A stretch of DNA of 64,000 nt from Candidatus Cloacimonadales bacterium (lineage in GTDB: Bacteria; Cloacimonadota; Cloacimonadia; Cloacimonadales; JAFGVF01): positions 1 through 64,000 of the forward strand of contig CAXXOU010000002.1 of assembly GCA_963677495.2 (NCBI GenBank), written 5' to 3'. The notes below the pieces were generated by a model that saw nothing but the letters and a program-made list of their open reading frames with translations, did not search any database and was not told where the DNA came from. Numbering within the stretch: the stretch's first letter is position 1; each line of letters opens with the position of its first letter. Shown here piece after piece: positions 8,959 to 19,056 of this stretch. The position numbers were made by a program, and so were the translations under genes.

Positions 8959-11604
8959 TTAGCTTAAGCCATCAAGAAGCTCTTTGGTTTTATCCAACTT
9001 CTCCTTAACCTCTTCATACTTAGCTTTCTCTTTCTCTACAATCTCAGGTTTTGCTTTACTCAAGAACTTCTCATTACTGAGTTTTCTTGAGATACCGTTA
9101 AACTCTTTCTCAAGCTTATCAAGTTGCTTCTGAATCTTAGCTTTCTCAGCATCCATATCGATAAGACCTTCTAAGGCAAGATAGAGAGTTGTTGAACCAA
9201 CCACTGCAGCTATTGCACCTTTTGGCTTCTCTGATGTGAACTCAATACCGGTTACTTTAGCAAGCTTATTCAAATAACCATTATACTCTTTGTAAAGAGC
9301 TTCAACTGATGAATCATCAGTTACAACGGTGATATTTACCTCTAAACCGGGACTTAAGTTAACCTGCTTTCTAAGGTTTCTGATAGCAGTGATAGAGTCC
9401 TGGATGAACTTCATTTCAGCAGAGATCTTCTTATCAATCATAGCTTCATTTGCAATCGGATACTGAGCAATAATCAAAGCTTCTTCATCATTAGGAAGCT
9501 GAGACTTAATCCCCTGCCAAACCTCTTCAGTGATAAATGGCATAATCGGGTGAAGCATACGCATAGATTTCTGCATTACATCTAACAAGATATACTTAGC
9601 TGTTAGCTGACCAACTTTGTCATCAGTATTATAGATTCTATCTTTTGTTAACTCTAAGTACCAAGAACAGAACTCATTCCAGATGAACTGCATGAGTGAA
9701 GACGCAGCATCATTGAAACGAAGTGTTTCATAATACTCGCCAACCTCTTTTGATACTTCATTCAAGCGACTGTAAATCCACTTGTCTGCAAGTTCAAGTC
9801 GGAGTTCTTCCTGCTTAGGCATACCTTCAATCTGCTCAGCATTCATCATAATGTATCTATATGCATTCCATATCTTATTGGCAAAGTTTCTACCATTCTC
9901 AAGTAGAGCATCTGAGTAATAACTATCAGCACCTTTAGGAGTATTGAAGATAATACCGAATCTAAGGGCATCAGCACCAACTTTCTTGATAATATCGATA
10001 GGATCAGGTGAGTTACCAAGAGACTTACTCATCTTACGACCGATCTCGTCACGAACGATTCCATGCAGATAAACTGTATCGAAAGGAATGGCTCCTCTGA
10101 ACTCGAGAGTTGACATAATCATTCTAGCAACCCAAAGATAGATAATCTCATGACCTGTAACCAGTAGATTTGTTGGTAAGAAGTAGTTCAACTCCTCTGT
10201 TTCTTCCGGCCAACCCATGGTTGAGAAAGGCCATAACCAGCTTGAGAACCAGGTATCAAGAACATCTTCATCTTGTCTGAAAGAACCATGTCCACATTTT
10301 GGACACTCTTTAGGTGCATCAACTGAAACTACAAGTTCACCACACTCTTCACAATAGTAAGCTGGGATTCTATGACCCCACCAGATTTGACGTGAAATAC
10401 ACCAGTCTCTGATGTTGTTCATCCAATGCATGTAAACCTTGGTCCAGCGTTCAGGTTGGAACTTAATCTCACCTGATTCAACCTTCTCAATAGCCTCTTT
10501 TGCAAGTGGCTCCATCTTAACAAACCATTGGTCTGAGAGATAAGGTTCAATAACAGTATCACATCTGTAGCATTGACCAACTGAATGAGTATGTGTGTCT
10601 ATCTTCTCTAAGAGACCTTCTGCTTCCATCATCTTAACGAGTTTCTTACGACACTCATACCTATCGAGTCCGGCAAACTCTTCACCGGCTGTCTCATTCA
10701 TAACACCGTGTTCATCTATAACGAGAATACGCTCAAGGTCATGTCTGTTACCAACTTCGAAGTCGTTAGGGTCATGAGCAGGAGTGATTTTAACACAACC
10801 TGTACCGAACTCCATATCAACATAACTATCAGCAATAACCGGAATCTCACGACCGGTAAATGGAAGAATAACATTCTTACCAATAAGGTCAGCATAACGC
10901 TCATCTTTAGGATTAACCGCAACAGCTGTATCACCAAGCATAGTCTCAGGTCTGGTTGTTGCTATTATAACATGACCTTTACCATCAACGCGTGGATAGC
11001 GAAAATGCCAGAGTTTACCTTCTGCATCTTCATGCTCAACTTCGTCATTCGCAAGTGCAGTTACGCAACGAGGACACCAGTTGATAATATATTTACCTTT
11101 GTAAACTAAGCCCTTTTCATAAAGGTGAACGAATACTTCACGAACAGCTTTTGATAAGCCTTCGTCCATTGTGAAGCGTTCTCGAGTCCAATCGCAAGAA
11201 GCTCCAAGTTGTTTAAGCTGTTCAATGATTCTGCCACCTTTCTCCTCTTTCCAGGACCAGATACGCTTAACTAGCTCTTCTCTACCAATATCGTGTCGGC
11301 TTAAGCCCTCTTTCGCAAGCTGCTTCTCAACAACATTCTGAGTTGCGATACCTGCATGGTCGACTCCCGGAATCCAGAGAGTAGGTACACCATTCATTCT
11401 TTTATAACGAATGATGACATCTTGTAATGTGTTGTTTAGTACATGCCCCATGTGCAGAATACCAGTTACGTTTGGTGGTGGAATCAAGATAGTGAAAGGC
11501 TCTTTGTCCTTATCTATTGTTGGGGAAAAGTATCCCTTATCATTCCAATGTTTATACCATTTCTTCTCAATCTGACCCGGATCGTAAGTCTTATTTATTT
11601 CCAT
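8959..11604 (-). CDS. valS: Valine--tRNA ligase
   Basis: PPPNVTGILHMGH, DWCISRQIWWGHRIP and KMSKS motifs; C-terminal coiled coil. Confidence 0.98.
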   Translation of the reverse strand: MEINKTYDPGQIEKKWYKHWNDKGYFSPTIDKDKEPFTILIPPPNVTGILHMGHVLNNTLQDVIIRYKRMNGVPTLWIPGVDHAGIATQNVVEKQLAKEGLSRHDIGREELVKRIWSWKEEKGGRIIEQLKQLGASCDWTRERFTMDEGLSKAVREVFVHLYEKGLVYKGKYIINWCPRCVTALANDEVEHEDAEGKLWHFRYPRVDGKGHVIIATTRPETMLGDTAVAVNPKDERYADLIGKNVILPFTGREIPVIADSYVDMEFGTGCVKITPAHDPNDFEVGNRHDLERILVIDEHGVMNETAGEEFAGLDRYECRKKLVKMMEAEGLLEKIDTHTHSVGQCYRCDTVIEPYLSDQWFVKMEPLAKEAIEKVESGEIKFQPERWTKVYMHWMNNIRDWCISRQIWWGHRIPAYYCEECGELVVSVDAPKECPKCGHGSFRQDEDVLDTWFSSWLWPFSTMGWPEETEELNYFLPTNLLVTGHEIIYLWVARMIMSTLEFRGAIPFDTVYLHGIVRDEIGRKMSKSLGNSPDPIDIIKKVGADALRFGIIFNTPKGADSYYSDALLENGRNFANKIWNAYRYIMMNAEQIEGMPKQEELRLELADKWIYSRLNEVSKEVGEYYETLRFNDAASSLMQFIWNEFCSWYLELTKDRIYNTDDKVGQLTAKYILLDVMQKSMRMLHPIMPFITEEVWQGIKSQLPNDEEALIIAQYPIANEAMIDKKISAEMKFIQDSITAIRNLRKQVNLSPGLEVNITVVTDDSSVEALYKEYNGYLNKLAKVTGIEFTSEKPKGAIAAVVGSTTLYLALEGLIDMDAEKAKIQKQLDKLEKEFNGISRKLSNEKFLSKAKPEIVEKEKAKYEEVKEKLDKTKELLDGLS

Positions 11605-11674
11605 GTGAATCCTCTATTTATATTCTTAATTATTAACTATTATTGATTAGCTTTAGGCTTAAGGCTATAGGCTT

Positions 11675-12235
11675 TTAGCTATTATCTATGCAGTATGCTT
11701 TGTAAGGCAAACCACGTCTTTCTAATTCTTTCTCCAGAAACTCTTTCTGAGTACTGAAAGCAACAGGAATCAGATCAGACAACGGGACGAACCGGGCATC
11801 GATGGCATCGTCACCGGCCCTTAATTCACCTCCTGTAATACGCATGCAAAAGCATAATGATAGCACTTTGTGATAGAAAGGATTGTCACCCATAACATAC
11901 CCAACAAAGTGGTCAACTTCACCAATGAGACCTGTTTCCTCCAGCATCTCATCAACAACAGCAGTCTCAGGAGTCTGATAGATCTCCATATAACCGCTAG
12001 GAAGAGCCCACTCTCCGGCTGCAGGTGGCAAACCACGTTTAATCATTACAACCTCATCCTTGTCGTTGATGATTATAGCAGCAACAACAGGAACCGGGTT
12101 GCGATAGAAAGTCCAACCACATTCCGGGCATATAGCTCTAAGCTTCCCCTCATCATCTTTCTTGAGTTCCAATTTCGTGCCACATCTCTGGCAGAAATTA
12201 ACTCCTTCATAGTGCTTTTTTGTAATTAAATCCAT
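11675..12235 (-). CDS. NUDIX hydrolase with N-terminal zinc ribbon
   Basis: CQRCG...CPECG, Nudix box GYMEIYQTPETAVVDEMLEETG and GDDA; start placed at the first ATG (MDLITKK). Confidence 0.85.
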   Translation of the reverse strand: MDLITKKHYEGVNFCQRCGTKLELKKDDEGKLRAICPECGWTFYRNPVPVVAAIIINDKDEVVMIKRGLPPAAGEWALPSGYMEIYQTPETAVVDEMLEETGLIGEVDHFVGYVMGDNPFYHKVLSLCFCMRITGGELRAGDDAIDARFVPLSDLIPVAFSTQKEFLEKELERRGLPYKAYCIDNS

Positions 12236-12314
12236 AGCAGTAACAAATTTAGGATGTGAGGATAATGTCAAGGATTATGGAACTACTAATTCGCAAGGAC
12301 AAAGTATTTTATTA

Positions 12315-13997
12315 TCAATTGCTATTGATAAGATGACTATCAGATACTTGGTTATCATAGAATTGCTTAACGAACTGTACAGGTAATGGCAGTTGATGGT
12401 GTCTACATGCAACAGTAATGATTGCTCCTAATCTATTTTTTATTGCTGACATATTTTCAAACTCAAGTTTTTGAGCACAAGTGTCGTAAACTATTTTTAA
12501 CAATTCTTGTGGATTTTTTGGTAAGTCAAAAATAATAGCTGTACCAAAGTTACTGGAATATGAGTATATCTCTTCTATTGATTCATTGTTTGGAGTCCAT
12601 AACTGGAAGGAACAATGAGATAGTTTTTCATGTCGAAATTTATAGATTTTATCGTATACATTATCAAAGCTAAAGAGTGCTGAGTAAAAAGCAATTAAAG
12701 GATATATCATAGAAGCGTCAGTAACTTTCATCTTGTACTGTTTGTCAGAATTTATTGGGTGATCAGATAGATCTTGATAAGTGTATAATGAACATGGGTA
12801 TCTGAGATTCGAGTTGAATGCAAAAATAGCTCTATCAGTTAATGATTCAAGATACTCTTTCAAAAAAACTTTGTTACTACATAGTACAGACAATATTAAT
12901 GATAGTTCTGATGCTTGCTTTTCGCTCAGAGGTGAAGCTAAAATTGGATTATTTCTGATTAGTTCTTCCAGATTTTCAGTTCTTTCGTTAATACATTGTA
13001 AAAAATCTTTTTGATTATCGGGGTAAATATTGTAAAAAGTTATTAACCACCAGATGTGAACTGCCAATCTACTTGCTAATGAAAAGACTCTAATACTTAT
13101 ATCTACACTGTTACCAGAAACAATACTTTCAGAAATAGAGAATTTACTATCAAAGAAAGGACTAAGTTTATCAACATAAGTATCTGTTATCAACATATAT
13201 AGTCTAAAAATGCTATCAAAGCTTGATCCAAAGTAATCAATATCTTCTTTAACTAGATCCCAGACTTTTAAGAGTGTTCTTTCTGATGCTAGATATGCTG
13301 CTTCCAAATTCCTCAAGTCCCTGCACCAAATAAATAATATCCATAAGCTAATATTCATTTCTCTTATTGTCTTAACAACTTGTTTCTTAACAGATAATTT
13401 TGTATTATCGATTAGATTATCGATTAATAAATTGTAGTTCTTTGTAGAAACTTCGGGATGTGAAATCATTGCAATAGACTTTCTTAGGTTGCTTTGATAA
13501 TTTGGAGGAAGTGCATGTTCATTTAATAGATATCTAATCATTAAATTTGTAATTGAATCTCCATTCCATTCCATGAAAGAAATTGTATTATTCTGATTAT
13601 TCTTAATATATCCGGTGACATTACTCCTAACAGATTCAACTATTTCTCCTCCTACACAAATGCATATAACAATTGGTAAATTTTGAAGTTCAGGGGGAAT
13701 GTTAATTTGAATATACACGTCTCTAATTTCATCAAGTGAAGTTCTTAAAGCTTGAAGAGAGTTACCATCCCATGTATTACGATCTAAATCTCCTCCCTTT
13801 ATAGAAAATAGGTACAATTTATGTGTGTCTCCACCTATTCTGCCATGTGCAGCAACATCAACACCATATTGCCTGGTCCCTATTTTGGGTTTACTCAACA
13901 CAGTTAATCCCATCGAACTAAGTAATTCCGGAATAATCCTGTCAAGTTCTCCTCTCTCTTTTAAGCCTGATAAGTATTGTTTGATAATCATCCTCAT
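12315..13997 (-). CDS. Putative defence nuclease with N-terminal PD-(D/E)XK (Mrr-like) domain; OloB-like
   Basis: ELD.IIPELL..MG...RQYGVDVAA...LFSIKGGDL pattern, then a long helical region; ATGA overlap with the upstream gene. Confidence 0.6.
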   Translation of the reverse strand: MRMIIKQYLSGLKERGELDRIIPELLSSMGLTVLSKPKIGTRQYGVDVAAHGRIGGDTHKLYLFSIKGGDLDRNTWDGNSLQALRTSLDEIRDVYIQINIPPELQNLPIVICICVGGEIVESVRSNVTGYIKNNQNNTISFMEWNGDSITNLMIRYLLNEHALPPNYQSNLRKSIAMISHPEVSTKNYNLLIDNLIDNTKLSVKKQVVKTIREMNISLWILFIWCRDLRNLEAAYLASERTLLKVWDLVKEDIDYFGSSFDSIFRLYMLITDTYVDKLSPFFDSKFSISESIVSGNSVDISIRVFSLASRLAVHIWWLITFYNIYPDNQKDFLQCINERTENLEELIRNNPILASPLSEKQASELSLILSVLCSNKVFLKEYLESLTDRAIFAFNSNLRYPCSLYTYQDLSDHPINSDKQYKMKVTDASMIYPLIAFYSALFSFDNVYDKIYKFRHEKLSHCSFQLWTPNNESIEEIYSYSSNFGTAIIFDLPKNPQELLKIVYDTCAQKLEFENMSAIKNRLGAIITVACRHHQLPLPVQFVKQFYDNQVSDSHLINSN

Positions 13998-15673
13998 AAC
14001 GGATCTCCAAATCTAAGATTAAAGGATTGTATTTCAAACCCTATGGGATCCAAGATAAATGATCGAGGTAGATGAATACTTGCTCCAATTGGGTTGAGCT
14101 TCATTTCTACTTTCTGAGTCTTGTGCTCAAAATCTTTTATCAAGACACATTCTGTACCAAGCATTAAAACATTTGTAGTGCAGAGTAACGATAACAATGA
14201 GCTCTTATTTGCTTCATCTAGCATTTTTTGTTCTTTATCCCATTTAAGTTTATGAAATAGTTGCCTTTCAAAATCTGATGGCTTTAACTCTTGGATTTCA
14301 GTTGTGTTCCTTATCCTGTCCATAATTACTTTGACTTCATCTTTAAACTTTAACAAAGTACTGCTTGCATTAATCAGACCTGTATCATTAGCTAATTCTT
14401 CGATCACATATGGATAGTCTTCAATTACTAACTCAATAAACAAAACTTCAAGTCCTTCTTTTAAGCTTTGATCTACATTCTCTATGATTGAGACAAAGAA
14501 AGTTAATAAGAACTTTAAGTTAATATGCAACCAGCCAATCAGTCTTAAGCTCAAAACTTTGATTTGCTTTTCTGTTAATGTAGACAAAACACTTACATCA
14601 ATAGAACCAATGAAACTAGCATTTGAGTTATCGATAATATCATGCAGGAATCTACACAATATTGGTTCACCAGAACTCATCCATTTTGTCACAAGGAAAT
14701 TCACTAGTGCTTTGTTTACTATGTGTGTTTTAAGTATTTTAAGATGTGCGAAATCATATTCAAGAGTATCATTTCTAAGTAATGATTCTAGTAAATCTAT
14801 AGCAGTGTCAGTTTTATTTATCTCAAAAAGTTCATTAATAAGAGAGATAACACTTTCAGAGTAGTCTAAACTATTAATATTATCATTGATAAAATCAAGA
14901 AATCTTTGCAAAACAGCGTTGTGCAATTGCTTAAGATAGTAAGTAAACAATCCAATCATCTCATGAAAAGAGATTTCTTTCTTAAGTAGACTAATTTGAA
15001 TATTGCATAGTTCCTCATAGTGTAAGCCTGTATCAGTTTGTACTTTGATGGAAAAAGCAAATATTGCTCTCAATGTTGCTATTTCATTCGTATTTATTAT
15101 GTTATCTCTAATTAATGAAGTAATCTTCTGGATTATGTCTTTATCTTTGTAGCTTTCAAGATGAATCCCACTGAAAGCATTTATAACAATCAACTGATAC
15201 TTCTTCTCTTTTAGTAACTCATCAGCTTTCTTAGAGAAAAAGTCTCTATCGATATCAAATCCATCAACAAGTGCATAATACAGAAAATCCAGATATTGTT
15301 CATTGTTTACTATTAGTTTCAACAGAGCTTTATGTGCATCTATGTTCCCTTTGTATTTATTGGAATAGAATCGATGATAGTTATAAGGTGAGTTTGAAGA
15401 AATATGGCTTATTGCGTCCAAGAATTCTTGAAGTTCAACTTCTAATAAGACTAGAAGATTGCTTATTCTATACCTTAATCCTGGATTACTTTCATCATCT
15501 AGAACAAACACGGTTGATAGAATTGCTTCAGTTATGTTAATCTTACTCTCATTGTGCAAATTGCTAATTGCACCATCGACTTCCTTATGAGAGAACTTAT
15601 TAGTTAAATTAACTACTTCGTCAATCAATTTTCCGGATTTATACAATGAAATTATTTCATTTGATAAACACAA
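13994..15673 (-). CDS. Hypothetical all-alpha (solenoid-like) protein, partner of the nuclease; OloA-like
   Basis: 559 aa, Leu/Ile-rich and helical, low GC; AAGGAG RBS before TTG; translationally coupled to the nuclease. Confidence 0.5.
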   Translation of the reverse strand: MCLSNEIISLYKSGKLIDEVVNLTNKFSHKEVDGAISNLHNESKINITEAILSTVFVLDDESNPGLRYRISNLLVLLEVELQEFLDAISHISSNSPYNYHRFYSNKYKGNIDAHKALLKLIVNNEQYLDFLYYALVDGFDIDRDFFSKKADELLKEKKYQLIVINAFSGIHLESYKDKDIIQKITSLIRDNIINTNEIATLRAIFAFSIKVQTDTGLHYEELCNIQISLLKKEISFHEMIGLFTYYLKQLHNAVLQRFLDFINDNINSLDYSESVISLINELFEINKTDTAIDLLESLLRNDTLEYDFAHLKILKTHIVNKALVNFLVTKWMSSGEPILCRFLHDIIDNSNASFIGSIDVSVLSTLTEKQIKVLSLRLIGWLHINLKFLLTFFVSIIENVDQSLKEGLEVLFIELVIEDYPYVIEELANDTGLINASSTLLKFKDEVKVIMDRIRNTTEIQELKPSDFERQLFHKLKWDKEQKMLDEANKSSLLSLLCTTNVLMLGTECVLIKDFEHKTQKVEMKLNPIGASIHLPRSFILDPIGFEIQSFNLRFGDPL

Positions 15674-15684
15674 AAGCTTCTCCT

Positions 15685-16308
15685 TTAGCGATTTAATCCT
15701 ATCGATTCTAATAGAATATGAAACTCAGAAAATGGAACTTTACAGTTCTGAATTCTAGTACCCAATGAAATAGCTCTACTTCTATTCTTTATTGATTGTT
15801 TAGAGTTACTAATTGCAGTATTTAAATTGGGTTTAAGGTATTCATATAGTTTTGCTGGGCACCTAGCTTTAATATAATTAGGAATATTCTTTTTTACTTC
15901 CATTTCCATTGCTTTACAATTTGAAATTGGTTTATTAACAATTTCATAATGAAATTTAATCCAAGTTTCAAAGCAGGGATATAACTCAATAACTGTAGCA
16001 TTATCAATTTTTTGTACTTCGTTAACAAGATTTTGATAATCAGTATACAACGACTGATTATGAATTTGATCTAAATCTACAATACAATATACTTGGGAAT
16101 GTTCCTCAATTGTTAGCTTCGAGGTGCTTTTATCAATCTCTGCCATATCTTTGATTTTCTCTAAAGCTTTCAAAGTGGCAAGCTTAAGGTTTGGTCTCAT
16201 TGAGAAAGGAATGTGATCATACTTTTTTAAATCCTTTAAATAAAGCTTCTCAGTTTCTCCATCACAATATACAAGAATCTGTTTTTTCTCACTTCTCTGT
16301 TTTCCCAT
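15685..16308 (-). CDS. RloB-like (TOPRIM-like) protein
   Basis: LVYCDGETEKLY, YCIVDLD and PCFETWIKFHYE motifs. Confidence 0.8.
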   Translation of the reverse strand: MGKQRSEKKQILVYCDGETEKLYLKDLKKYDHIPFSMRPNLKLATLKALEKIKDMAEIDKSTSKLTIEEHSQVYCIVDLDQIHNQSLYTDYQNLVNEVQKIDNATVIELYPCFETWIKFHYEIVNKPISNCKAMEMEVKKNIPNYIKARCPAKLYEYLKPNLNTAISNSKQSIKNRSRAISLGTRIQNCKVPFSEFHILLESIGLNR

Positions 16309-16310
16309 AA

Positions 16311-17615
16311 TTATCCCTTACATAGACCATCAATATAGAAGTCATAGATGTCTGGTGTGGCTCCATAGTTTCCTGCCATATATTTCTTTAAGACTTTGCT
16401 TCGTTTAGTACCTTTAAAATCCGCAAGTGAATACAATTCGGTTGAACCATCCCTTCTTTTGTCAGTAAAGAATACTGTGTCATTTCTTACTTCATCCCAG
16501 TCTAAAAGCATTAGATTGTGGGTTGTGAAAAAGAATTGGGTGTCTTTAGCATTATGGAGAAATACTAGGATTAAATACTTCTGAAGTTCAAAGTGTAATG
16601 ATGATTCAAGTTCATCAATATACAATATCCTATCCTTTTTGATTGCCTCTAGGAAAGGACCGGCTAAATCAAACATTTTTTGGGTACCTAACGATTCTTC
16701 ATCAAAATCTAAACTTGTTTCAACATTTTCTACTAAATCATTTTCGATTTCATGAATTAGTGTTCTTTTATAAGTAGACATTTTCGAAGGAAGTTTTTCT
16801 TTGTTTTCCACTTGTTGTTTTAGAAACTCTAAAAACTCAGCTGGTACATCTTCCTCGATAGCCTCAATGACAATATCCGAAATGTTAAAGTCAGCTTTCT
16901 GTAAGAAGCTCAGTAACAACTCTTTTTGATCCTTGTTATCAAGAAAGAAATCAGTTGAATAAGTTCGTATAGACGAGTTTTCATTAATTATTGGATTGAG
17001 GTTGTCTTTTAAATATGCATAAGCAGTTTTTAAAGCTGGAAACAGAGGGTTAACTTTTTTCAGGACTGAAACTATTGATGTATTATGGAGGGTATTTGCT
17101 TCAATAACTTCTCTATCCGAGATTTTAAGCTGTAATGTAGTTGGGATCTTTAAGTCAAATCCTCTTTCATTCTCAAGGTTTTGCCTTCGGTGGAAAACTA
17201 ATGCGGGTTGTATTGATGGATAATACTCCAGTTTTTCTTCAATAATAGATTTTTTATTTACTATTAGTTGATATTTATACTTAACATACTCTTCATCTTT
17301 CTTTGCAAAGAATATTAATGTTAGCTCAGTGTTACTTTTTCCTGTTGACTTGCAGAACTTAAAAGGTTCAGTATAAATCCGAGCATCTGAATCTCTTCGA
17401 CCAATAGCAAGAATACGCAATAAATGGAGTGCATCTAAAACATTCGATTTCCCGGAAGCATTAGCTCCGTAAATCATAGCCATTTTAAGAAGACGATATT
17501 TACCAATCTTTGTTACATAGTAGTCTTCATACTCTTTATCTTTGCTTGCTTCGAAGCTTAAAACTTGTTCATCTTTAATGGAACGAAAATTCTTCACTTT
17601 GAATTCAATTATCAT
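16311..17615 (-). CDS. RloA-like AAA_21/ABC ATPase
   Basis: NFRSIKD, Walker A YGANASGKSN, ESLGTQK, IDELESSLH, FTTHN and Y.AG.YGATP; GGAGG RBS. Confidence 0.88.
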   Translation of the reverse strand: MIIEFKVKNFRSIKDEQVLSFEASKDKEYEDYYVTKIGKYRLLKMAMIYGANASGKSNVLDALHLLRILAIGRRDSDARIYTEPFKFCKSTGKSNTELTLIFFAKKDEEYVKYKYQLIVNKKSIIEEKLEYYPSIQPALVFHRRQNLENERGFDLKIPTTLQLKISDREVIEANTLHNTSIVSVLKKVNPLFPALKTAYAYLKDNLNPIINENSSIRTYSTDFFLDNKDQKELLLSFLQKADFNISDIVIEAIEEDVPAEFLEFLKQQVENKEKLPSKMSTYKRTLIHEIENDLVENVETSLDFDEESLGTQKMFDLAGPFLEAIKKDRILYIDELESSLHFELQKYLILVFLHNAKDTQFFFTTHNLMLLDWDEVRNDTVFFTDKRRDGSTELYSLADFKGTKRSKVLKKYMAGNYGATPDIYDFYIDGLCKG

Positions 17616-17735
17616 AATACCTCCATCTAATTGCGAAAACTGCAATAATTACGCAAATATTATAAATAGAAAGAGGTGTCAAGCTAATTCTATTTTCTCA
17701 AACGTGATTAAAGATGTAGTAGGTTTAAAGTTTCA

Positions 17736-17972
17736 TCACACCAAAAGCATAGATTTAAACTTAGCTTCCATAACCAAAACTAAAACTGCTACTTTGATGA
17801 TAATTAGGATTGCATAAAACAGTTTGTGACGTCTTGGGACAATAAATGAGAAAGCTAAAACTAGGGGGATTAATCCTAAGAAATAGACTGATACAATCAT
17901 CAGCAATATTTCACCTGCAAAGCGTAAGTTGATTTCTTGCTTATCTTTTTTGCTTTCATAAAGTTGTCGCAT
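17736..17972 (-). CDS. Small hypothetical membrane protein
   Basis: 78 aa, hydrophobic, GGAGG RBS. Confidence 0.6.
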   Translation of the reverse strand: MRQLYESKKDKQEINLRFAGEILLMIVSVYFLGLIPLVLAFSFIVPRRHKLFYAILIIIKVAVLVLVMEAKFKSMLLV

Positions 17973-18078
17973 GTTACCTCCGTTGAATACTTAATACATA
18001 AAAGCTATTATGAACAAATAAAGTCAAGATTATTCACTCAAGCTTTCTGCTTTTTTTCTCTGTTTTCATTTCCATCAA

Positions 18079-18221
18079 TTCTAACTCTGCTACGAGTCTG
18101 GTACGTGCTATATCAAAAACCTGGAGTCTCGCTTGTCCCTCCCTTTAGCCTCCCTAGACCCTCCCTATGAAGTGATAAAGTTATCCACATCGTGTGCATA
18201 ACTTATTTAACGGTGCAAAGA
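18079..18221. repeat. ~143-bp TIR element, copy C, with DnaA-box palindrome
   Basis: Degenerate TIRs (ctctgctac ... cggtgcaaaga); cctccct at 18138/18149/18160; ttatccaca-tcg-tgtgcataa at 18181-18201. Confidence 0.6.
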
Positions 18222-18482
18222 AGCTCTTGATGCGACATGATAAAGAGAAGAAGCAGACTTGAAAATATAAGATAAAACTAGTTAGAACTATAAAATGAGC
18301 AATAGTCTATAGGAAGAGTACTTGTGCTTATAATGATTTTTGAATAATTGTGCCACTTATGGTTTGTTTCTTAAGAAGTCTGTTTCCGCTCCGCAAGCTT
18401 CGCATCTGACAAACTCCTTTTGAAACAGAGGGAGTTGACCTCTCCTTCTGAGTTAAATGAGTGAAGACTGGACTTGATAGGA

Positions 18483-18731
18483 TTAGAAGATTGCTCTAAA
18501 CATAGAGACTCGACTACCAAATGTCAGATAATAACTCATAATAACAAGAATCCATATTATACGATGCAACCAAATCTTTTCAGGAAGAAACTTCAGAACA
18601 ACTATGTCGATAATTAGTAAAAGGATAGATAGAAACTCATATTTTGTGTGCCCGACTAACCAAATCCGTATTGATGTTGCGATGATGAATACAACGTCGA
18701 TTCCGATATAAATGCTTTGAAAACCTTCCAC
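18483..18731 (-). CDS. Small 3-TM membrane protein
   Basis: Three hydrophobic segments; paralogous pattern with the next ORF. Confidence 0.6.
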   Translation of the reverse strand: MEGFQSIYIGIDVVFIIATSIRIWLVGHTKYEFLSILLLIIDIVVLKFLPEKIWLHRIIWILVIMSYYLTFGSRVSMFRAIF

Positions 18732-18773
18732 ACTAGACCCCTTTGTATTTAACTAAATACAGATAAACTATCC

Positions 18774-19016
18774 TCACATGAATCCTTGTCGGAAACTGAA
18801 GTTAAAGCTTGCAAACATTAGGGCAATTATCGCAACAAATATTATGTTTCTTACCAATCGAGCTTTAGGGTACTTCACCGCAATGTACATATCTGCTAAT
18901 AGGAGAGCAATCTCAATTGCACCGACTAGATAATCACATCTCATGTACATTGATATAGCGAATACTATTATCAGGAATATATCTGCAACAATTACCGTTC
19001 TAGTTTTAGTCTCCAT
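18774..19016 (-). CDS. Small 3-TM membrane protein
   Basis: GAGGT RBS before METK; three hydrophobic segments. Confidence 0.65.
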   Translation of the reverse strand: METKTRTVIVADIFLIIVFAISMYMRCDYLVGAIEIALLLADMYIAVKYPKARLVRNIIFVAIIALMFASFNFSFRQGFM

Positions 19017-19056
19017 CTTTACCTCATTTATGACTCTCACGTATTGATTCTGTTTA

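Noticed and set aside
11605..11675. T-box or other riboswitch upstream of valS
   Set aside because: The gap is only 70 nt and has no T-box motif
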